DNA of 12,545 bases from positions 1-12,545 of the forward strand of contig JBGQGY010000108.1 in assembly GCA_041497675.1 (NCBI GenBank), read 5' to 3'. The notes below the pieces were generated by a model. It was not told where the DNA came from and searched no databases. It worked only from the letters and a program-made list of their open reading frames with translations. The translations under genes and the position numbers were made by a program. Positions 7,087 to 12,545 of the stretch are shown here, piece after piece. How positions within the stretch are numbered: the first letter of the stretch is position 1; every line of letters begins with the position of its first letter. The stretch is from a bacterium. GTDB taxonomy: Bacteria; Sysuimicrobiota; Sysuimicrobiia; Sysuimicrobiales; Humicultoraceae.

Positions 7087-8195
7087 GACGAGATCACCAG
7101 GTTGTCGCGGTGGATGGCCTCGATGCGCGCGCCGACCAGCCCCGTCAAGTCCGCGCTGCGCCGTCCCTTCATCAGGTCGATGGTACTGTGATCGTGCGCG
7201 GCGATGCCCCGACCAATCTCACGTCCCCCGCGATCCACCACGGCGACCAGATCGCCCGCCGCGAAGATCCCCTCGACCTGGTTGATGCCCGAGGGCAGCA
7301 GGCTGCGCCCGCGTTCACGCAGCGCTTTCGCGGCGCCGTCATCCACGACGATGCGCCCGCGGACGCGGCCGCGCGCGACCAGCCACCGTTTCCGGCCGGT
7401 GAGCGATTGCGCCGCAGGGAGAAACCGCGTCCCCAGCCGATCACCGGCGGCGATCCGCTCGAGCACACGCGGTATCATGCCGTCGGTGATCACGACCTCG
7501 CAACCGGCCGCCGTCGCGAGACGGGCGGCGGCGATCTTTGTGATCATCCCGCCGGTGCCGACGGCGGACGCGCTGCGCCGCGCGAGGCGTTCGATGTCAG
7601 GTGTGATCGTCTGCACCTCGCGAATCGGCCGGGCCGACGGATCGCGGCGAGGGTCGCCGCTGTAGAGCCCATCGACATCGGACAGGATGCACAGCAGGTC
7701 CGCCCCAACGAGGATCGCCACCTGCGCCGACAACGTGTCGTTGTCGCCGATGCGGATCTCTTCGGTTGCGACGGTGTCATTTTCGTTGATCACCGGGACG
7801 ATCCGGCGGCGTAGCAGCGCCGTCAGCGTGTTGCGGGCATTGAGGTAGCGGCGGCGCGCCGTGAGATCTTCGGCGGTCAACAGCAACTGCGCGACGCGGA
7901 TGCGCCACCGCGCGAATCGCCGGCCATACTCGCGCATGAGGACCGGCTGTCCGACCGCGGCCATCGCTTGACGCTCGGCCATGGTGAGGGGCCGGCCGGC
8001 CAGGCCGACTTCCGCGGCGCCGGTGGCGATCGCACCCGACGTCACCAAGACCACGGGCCGGCCGGTTCGGTGCAGGGCCGCGATCTGGCCGGTGATGGCT
8101 GCCAGGCGGCGTGGCTGCGGTGCCCATCGGTCGCCGCACAGCGTGCTGGTGCCGACCTTGACGACGACCGGGTTTCTGCCAGGTTTGGCGCCCAT
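7083..8195 (-). CDS. proB: Glutamate 5-kinase with C-terminal PUA domain
   Basis: VVVKVGTS, LVTSGAIATG, QAMAAVGQ, VPVINENDTV, GDNDTLSA, GTGGMITKI, PUA region DDGA...SLLPSGI. ATG 8195 is preferred over TTG 8210, which lies inside the promoter. Confidence 0.97.
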   Translation of the reverse strand: MGAKPGRNPVVVKVGTSTLCGDRWAPQPRRLAAITGQIAALHRTGRPVVLVTSGAIATGAAEVGLAGRPLTMAERQAMAAVGQPVLMREYGRRFARWRIRVAQLLLTAEDLTARRRYLNARNTLTALLRRRIVPVINENDTVATEEIRIGDNDTLSAQVAILVGADLLCILSDVDGLYSGDPRRDPSARPIREVQTITPDIERLARRSASAVGTGGMITKIAAARLATAAGCEVVITDGMIPRVLERIAAGDRLGTRFLPAAQSLTGRKRWLVARGRVRGRIVVDDGAAKALRERGRSLLPSGINQVEGIFAAGDLVAVVDRGGREIGRGIAAHDHSTIDLMKGRRSADLTGLVGARIEAIHRDNLVISS

Positions 8196-8200
8196 GTCCG

Positions 8201-8211
8201 TATGATACAAT
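8201..8211. promoter_or_regulatory. Overlapping divergent sigma70-type -10 elements for proBA and the PBP gene
   Basis: AT-rich island TATGATACAAT. Minus strand: TATCAT (8207-8202), 6 nt before the proB ATG. Plus strand: extended -10 TGaTACAAT (8203-8211). Confidence 0.6.
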
Positions 8212-8223
8212 ACTGAAGCGGAT

Positions 8224-8244
8224 GGGCCGGCGCTTGGCCGGCCC
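8224..8244. repeat. Perfect 8-bp GC inverted repeat (hairpin) upstream of the PBP gene
   Basis: GGGCCGGC-gcttg-GCCGGCCC. Confidence 0.6.
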
Positions 8245-8254
8245 TGGTGCTATC

Positions 8255-10606
8255 ATGTCGACTCGCACACCTTCCGATTCCTCCCCCTCGCGCCCGCGCC
8301 GCGGCAGGTTCCGCCGGTCCCGCTGGAGCTTCCTGCTCTACTTGCTGCTTTTCGCCGGCGTCGCCGTCTTGCTGGCCGTTGGGATCGCCGCCGGCGTGAC
8401 CGTCGCCCTGGGCCGGCAGGTGCACGACGTCTCGCGGCTCTACGCGCCGCCCAGCCAGGCCACCCGCATCTACGCCGAGAACGGCGAGCTCATCGCCTCG
8501 CTCTTCCGCGAGAACCGGCAGATCGTGCCGCTCACCGATGTCCCGCCGATCCTGCGCCAGGCCGTCATCGCGATCGAGGACGAGCGATTCTTCAGCCACC
8601 GCGGCGTCGACCCGCGCGGGATCATCCGCGCGCTGTGGCGCAACGTCCGTGAGGGTGAACTCGTAGAGGGCGGCAGCACCATCACCCAGCAACTCGCCCG
8701 CAACCTGTTCCTCTCGCAGGAGCGCACGGCGACCCGCAAGATCGCGGAGATCCTCCTGGCGCTGGAGATCGAGCGGCGGCTCACGAAAGAAGAGATCCTC
8801 GAGCGCTACCTCAACCAGGTGTACTTCGGGCAGGGCGCGTACGGCGTCGAGATGGCGGCCCGGGTCTACTTTGGGAGGTCCGCGAAGCTCGCGACGCTCC
8901 CCGAGGCCGCGCTGCTGGCGGGGTTGATCCGCGCGCCGTCGATCTATTCACCCTATCGTCACTTGGCGCTCGCCAAGACCCGTCAGGAGGCGGTGCTGGC
9001 GCGGATGGCGGGCCTCGGGTATATCAGCGGGGCCGAGGCCGCCCGCGCGCGGTCGGTCAAGATCGTCCTGGCCCCGGCCAACAACACCGGGCTCGCGGGC
9101 ATCCGGGCGCCCTACTTCGTGTCGTACATCATGACGAAGCTGCTGGAAACGTACGGTGAAGACCTGGTGTACAAAGGCGGTCTACAGGTCTACACGACCA
9201 TCGACATCCGCATGCAGGCCATTGCCGACCGGGTTGTCAAGACCGGTATCGAGAGTGCCAAGCGGCGCAAGCTCAACGCGTCGCAGGGCGCGCTCGTCGC
9301 GCTCGACCCCGGCACCGGCATGATCCGCGCGATGATCGGCGGCGTCGACTTTGCGTCCAGCCAGTTCAACCGCGCCTGGCAGGCGCGCCGGCAGCCAGGG
9401 TCCGCGTTCAAGGTCTTTGTCTACACGACGGCGATCGCCCGAGGGATTCCACCGACGCGCATCATCGATGATTCGCAGATAACGTACGGCATCCCCGGCG
9501 CGAAGGACTGGACACCCAAGAACTACGACGGCACTTTCTCCGGCCCGATCACGCTGCGCCGCGCGTTGGAGCGATCGATCAACGTGGCGGCCGCCAAGAT
9601 GATCTTCGAGCTGGGGCCGCAGCGCGTGCTCGAGACCGCGCGGACAATGGGCATCGAGAGCCCAATGCAGCCGGTCTTGTCGCTCGCGCTGGGCTCGGCG
9701 GATGTGACCCCGCTGGAGATGGCGCGCGCGTTTGCGACGCTCGCCAACGGCGGGCTGCGCACCACGCCGCTCGCCATCCTCAAGGTGACCGATTCGAAGG
9801 GCAAGGTGCTCGAAGAGCACCGGCCCAGGCGCGAGGTGGCCGTGGCGCCCGAGGTGGCCTACGTGATGACCGACCTGCTCAAAGGCGTGATTCAAAACGG
9901 GACGGGGCGGGCCGCCGACATCGGACGGCCCGCAGCCGGCAAGACCGGGACGACCGACGACTACCGCAACGCCTGGTTCATCGGTTTCACCCCGAATCTC
10001 GTCACCGCGACCTGGGTGGGCAACGACGACAACAGCCCGATGAATAGGGTCGTCGGCGGCATGATCCCGGCTGAAATGTGGGCGGCGTTCATGAAACCCG
10101 CAACCGCGTCGCTGCCCGCGGATGACTGGAGCCCGCCGGAGGGCGTGATCATCACCACCGTGTGTGCGGGCACCTGGAAGCTGGCGACGCCCGACTGCCC
10201 CGATCCGAGGCGTGAGGTGTTCACCCGTGAGTCTGCGCCGCAGCCCGGTGACTCCGGTGCGGCGCCCGATCAGCCCAACGGCACTCCCGTCGCGGTCGTG
10301 CCGCTGACGATCAAGCGACCCTCGAACGGCGCACGCCTGGCGCCGCCCTTCAGGATCGAGGGGAACAGCGCGTCGGGCGCCATGGTCACGATCGTGATCG
10401 TGGCGCAGGGCGTCGGGGGAGGGGCCCATGCGGCAGAGGTCGCGATGCAGACCTCATCCGGCGGCGACTTCTCGTACGAGTTCCGGCCGCCGACCCGCAT
10501 GCCGGGAGCACGCTACGTCATCACCGTGTCGTCTCTGGGACTCAATGGCGGGCGGGCGTCGCGGGTGGTCACCGTCACGGCGCCTGGTGAAGCGTCCGGC
10601 CGCTAG
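8255..10606 (+). CDS. Class A penicillin-binding protein (PBP1A family, transglycosylase/transpeptidase) with a C-terminal beta-rich extension
   Basis: Basic N-tail plus TM helix. GT51 motifs EDERFFSHRGVD, GGSTITQQLARN, RKIAE, KEEILERYLN. Transpeptidase motifs SAFK, SIN, KTGT. An alternative in-frame ATG lies at 8222. Confidence 0.95.
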   Translation: MSTRTPSDSSPSRPRRGRFRRSRWSFLLYLLLFAGVAVLLAVGIAAGVTVALGRQVHDVSRLYAPPSQATRIYAENGELIASLFRENRQIVPLTDVPPILRQAVIAIEDERFFSHRGVDPRGIIRALWRNVREGELVEGGSTITQQLARNLFLSQERTATRKIAEILLALEIERRLTKEEILERYLNQVYFGQGAYGVEMAARVYFGRSAKLATLPEAALLAGLIRAPSIYSPYRHLALAKTRQEAVLARMAGLGYISGAEAARARSVKIVLAPANNTGLAGIRAPYFVSYIMTKLLETYGEDLVYKGGLQVYTTIDIRMQAIADRVVKTGIESAKRRKLNASQGALVALDPGTGMIRAMIGGVDFASSQFNRAWQARRQPGSAFKVFVYTTAIARGIPPTRIIDDSQITYGIPGAKDWTPKNYDGTFSGPITLRRALERSINVAAAKMIFELGPQRVLETARTMGIESPMQPVLSLALGSADVTPLEMARAFATLANGGLRTTPLAILKVTDSKGKVLEEHRPRREVAVAPEVAYVMTDLLKGVIQNGTGRAADIGRPAAGKTGTTDDYRNAWFIGFTPNLVTATWVGNDDNSPMNRVVGGMIPAEMWAAFMKPATASLPADDWSPPEGVIITTVCAGTWKLATPDCPDPRREVFTRESAPQPGDSGAAPDQPNGTPVAVVPLTIKRPSNGARLAPPFRIEGNSASGAMVTIVIVAQGVGGGAHAAEVAMQTSSGGDFSYEFRPPTRMPGARYVITVSSLGLNGGRASRVVTVTAPGEASGR

Positions 10607-10615
10607 TGCTAAGAT
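10607..10615 (+). promoter_or_regulatory. Putative extended -10 promoter (TGcTAAGAT) for yebC
   Basis: TGnTANNNT match immediately after the PBP stop and 35 nt before ATG 10651. Confidence 0.45.
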
Positions 10616-10650
10616 GAAGGTGCGCCAGCAGGCAGCGGGGGTAACGGGCC

Positions 10651-11388
10651 ATGTCCGGCCATTCGAAGTGGCACAACATCAAGCTCAAGAAGCAAAAGGT
10701 CGACCAGGTCCGGGGCACGCTCTTCAGCAAGATGTCCCGGGAGATCATGGCTGCCGCCAAAGACGGGGGCGGCAACCCTGACGGCAACATGCGTCTGCGG
10801 AGCGCGATCGACCGCGCGCGTGATGCCGGGATGCCCAACGATAACATCCAGCGGGCGATCCAGCGGGCAAGTGGCGAGGGGTCGGGGGCCCAGTACGAAT
10901 CCGTCATCTACGAGGGATTCGCGCCTGGCGGCGTCGCGGTGATGGTCGAGGCGCTGACCGACAACCGCAACCGCACCGCCAGTGACGTCCGCGCGGTCTT
11001 TACGAAGAACGGCGGTAACCTCGGCAATTCCGTTGCTTGGATGTTCGAGCGGCGGGGCGTTGTGGTCGTTGATCGCAGCAAACCCGAAGATGATGTGCTG
11101 GTGGCCGCCTTGGAAGCGGGAGGCGAAGACGTGCAGGCGGCGGAGGAGGGCTTCGAGATACTCACGAGGCCCGAGGAGACGTTCAAGGTCAAGCAGGGCA
11201 TGATCGACCGCGGTTTCACGGTGGTACGTGCCGAGAACCACATGGTGCCGAAGAACACGGTGCGGGTCGAAGGAAAACAAGCCCAGCAGGTCCTGCGCCT
11301 GCTGGAGGCGCTGGAAGATCTGGACGACGTACAGGCGGTCCACGCCAACTTCGACATTCCGGACGAGATTCTGCAGCAGGTGGGTTAA
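10651..11388 (+). CDS. yebC: YebC/PmpR (TACO1) family protein, 245 aa
   Basis: MSGHSKWHNIK, GGGNPDGNMRLR, MPNDNIQRAI, YEGFAPGGVA, LTDNRNRT, LEDLDDVQAVHAN. Confidence 0.97.
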   Translation: MSGHSKWHNIKLKKQKVDQVRGTLFSKMSREIMAAAKDGGGNPDGNMRLRSAIDRARDAGMPNDNIQRAIQRASGEGSGAQYESVIYEGFAPGGVAVMVEALTDNRNRTASDVRAVFTKNGGNLGNSVAWMFERRGVVVVDRSKPEDDVLVAALEAGGEDVQAAEEGFEILTRPEETFKVKQGMIDRGFTVVRAENHMVPKNTVRVEGKQAQQVLRLLEALEDLDDVQAVHANFDIPDEILQQVG

Positions 11389-11418
11389 GAACTCCACGGT
11401 CTGTGGCCTTCCTTTGCA

Positions 11419-11853
11419 CTAGAGGATAGTGTTGTGCTTGGCGAGATTGTGGCGGGCACAAAGTAACTGCACGTTCTCTGTAGTGATCGATGCTCCGCCT
11501 CTGGACCAGGGCACGTCGTGGTCAAAGTGGAGTTGGTCGTTCGCCCCGCAGATTACGCACCTACCGCTGTCACGTTTCCAAACCTCAAGCTTGACTGCCG
11601 TCGGAATGACGCGCCGACGAGGCGGATCTTGTTCTCGGATGCCGGCGAAGGCCTGATCCTCTTCAACCGCAATGAGTTTGAACTTGAAGGCGTTTCGAAC
11701 GTCGTCGTGTTCCCGCCAAGAATCGACGAGGTGAAACATCCCATTGTAGGACCAAATCCCCATGCGAATCTTTTCGTACACACGAACACCCTGCTGAAGA
11801 CTGACTCCTTCGCGGCGGCACATCTCAACATAGGCGATGACGTTGTCGCTCAT
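11419..11853 (-). CDS. HNH endonuclease (about 144 aa), probably internally deleted in its N-terminal domain; possible pseudogene
   Basis: RRVIPTAVKLEVWKRDSGRCVICG...HFDHDVPWSRGG...NVQLLCARHNLAK gives CxxC, DH, N and CxxHN. Two sampled lines are about 53-57% GC, below the flanks. The alternative start is GTG 11862. Confidence 0.85.
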   Translation of the reverse strand: MSDNVIAYVEMCRREGVSLQQGVRVYEKIRMGIWSYNGMFHLVDSWREHDDVRNAFKFKLIAVEEDQAFAGIREQDPPRRRVIPTAVKLEVWKRDSGRCVICGANDQLHFDHDVPWSRGGASITTENVQLLCARHNLAKHNTIL

Positions 11854-11903
11854 AATGGCCACAACAATAGACCGTCGTCCGACACCCTTGCTTCCTATGA
11901 TGA

Positions 11904-11929
11904 TTTCGCCCGCGCGTCAGCCACATCCT
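11904..11929 (-). promoter_or_regulatory. Putative sigma-H-like promoter AGGA-N18-GAAA facing the HNH gene
   Basis: Minus strand reads gAGGA tgtggctgacgcgcgggc GAAAt. The spacer is one base longer than in the other five. Confidence 0.4.
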
Positions 11930-11938
11930 CGCTTGGAC

Positions 11939-11963
11939 AGGTAACTTGTCTTCAGCCCCGAAG
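11939..11963 (+). promoter_or_regulatory. Putative sigma-H-like promoter AGGT-N17-GAAG for the final membrane-protein gene, probably leaderless
   Basis: cAGGT aacttgtcttcagcccc GAAG, 9 nt before ATG 11973, with no SD. Confidence 0.55.
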
Positions 11964-11972
11964 CGACTCCGA

Positions 11973-12545
11973 ATGGAACGGATTCTCCGCGGTGCAAGCC
12001 TGGCGACCGGCGTCGTCTTCACGGTACTGGCGATCGGTTTCGCGGCGAGGATGCCGTGGGCGACGCGTTTCTGGCCGTTCGCGATGCAAGAGAGCCGGCT
12101 CGGCTTCCTCTTTCTGAGCTCGATCGTGGCGGCGATCGCGGCGCCGGTCTTGTGGATCGGTTTCACCGGCGAGCTGCGGGCGGCGGTCGGCGGCGCCATC
12201 AACCTGTGCCTGACGGCGGTGGGGTGGGTCGTCTTCGCGACGAGATTGGGGCTCTCCGGCGGCCGGGCGGACCTGGTGCGCTGGGCGGCCGCGGTGGCGA
12301 TCATCGGAGCCTTCACGGCGGCCCTGCTCGTGCTCTCGCGGCGGTTTCCGTGGCGTGATGCCCGGCCCATGCCGCGCGCGGTCCGATGGTCGTTTGTCCT
12401 GTTTGCCGCGGTGTTGATCCCGGTCGCCGCCGCCCTCATTGCGGCGGTGCCGGCGGTCTTTCCCTGGCCGTTGGCGCGGGAATCGTCGGTGATGTACGGG
12501 TGGATCTTCCTCGGCGCCGCGACGTATTTCATCTACGGCGCGCTA
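11973..12545 (+). CDS. Hypothetical polytopic membrane protein; 3'-partial, runs off the window end
   Basis: Manual translation, open for 191 codons: MERILRGASLATGVVFTVLAIGFAARMPWATRFWPF...VFPWPLARESSVMYGWIFLGAATYFIYGAL. About 6 hydrophobic segments and high GC3. Confidence 0.85.
   Translation, partial: MERILRGASLATGVVFTVLAIGFAARMPWATRFWPFAMQESRLGFLFLSSIVAAIAAPVLWIGFTGELRAAVGGAINLCLTAVGWVVFATRLGLSGGRADLVRWAAAVAIIGAFTAALLVLSRRFPWRDARPMPRAVRWSFVLFAAVLIPVAAALIAAVPAVFPWPLARESSVMYGWIFLGAATYFIYGAL

Noticed and set aside
6037..11397. Long alternative ORFs (6037..7014, 7110..7814, 9182..10429, 10609..11397)
   Set aside because: Antisense shadows of proA, proB, PBP and yebC, expected at high GC.
11393..11415. 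Short hairpin CCAC-ggtct-GTGG plus pyrimidine run after yebC as a terminator
   Set aside because: The stem is only 4-5 bp and the U-tract is poor.
11825..12532. 235-aa minus-strand ORF and 12056..12358 plus ORF
   Set aside because: Shadows of the hydrophobic plus-strand gene starting at 11973.

Overview
GC-rich bacterial chromosomal window with core genes (proBA, a class A penicillin-binding protein, yebC) flanked by accessory DNA. Left: a 3'-truncated class III nucleotide cyclase-STAND ATPase gene (minus strand, absent from the ORF track) and a HAD hydrolase pseudogene. Next come two translationally coupled paralogous membrane proteins, an intact HAD hydrolase and an NAD(P)H-dependent FMN reductase. 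Right: a lower-GC HNH endonuclease gene that appears internally deleted, and a truncated membrane-protein gene. Main observations: (1) the membrane paralogs carry D/N-x3-H...P-x-H motifs resembling the CuC and CuD copper sites of PmoC/AmoC, with no pmoA/pmoB in the window; (2) the two HAD copies share a sharply bounded 182-bp, 97%-identical tract bracketing the membrane pair, suggesting a homology-anchored capture; (3) an AGG(A/T)-N17/18-GAA sigma-H-like motif occurs six times as back-to-back pairs before accessory genes, while core genes have TANNNT -10 boxes. All alignments and counts were done by hand and no database search was run.
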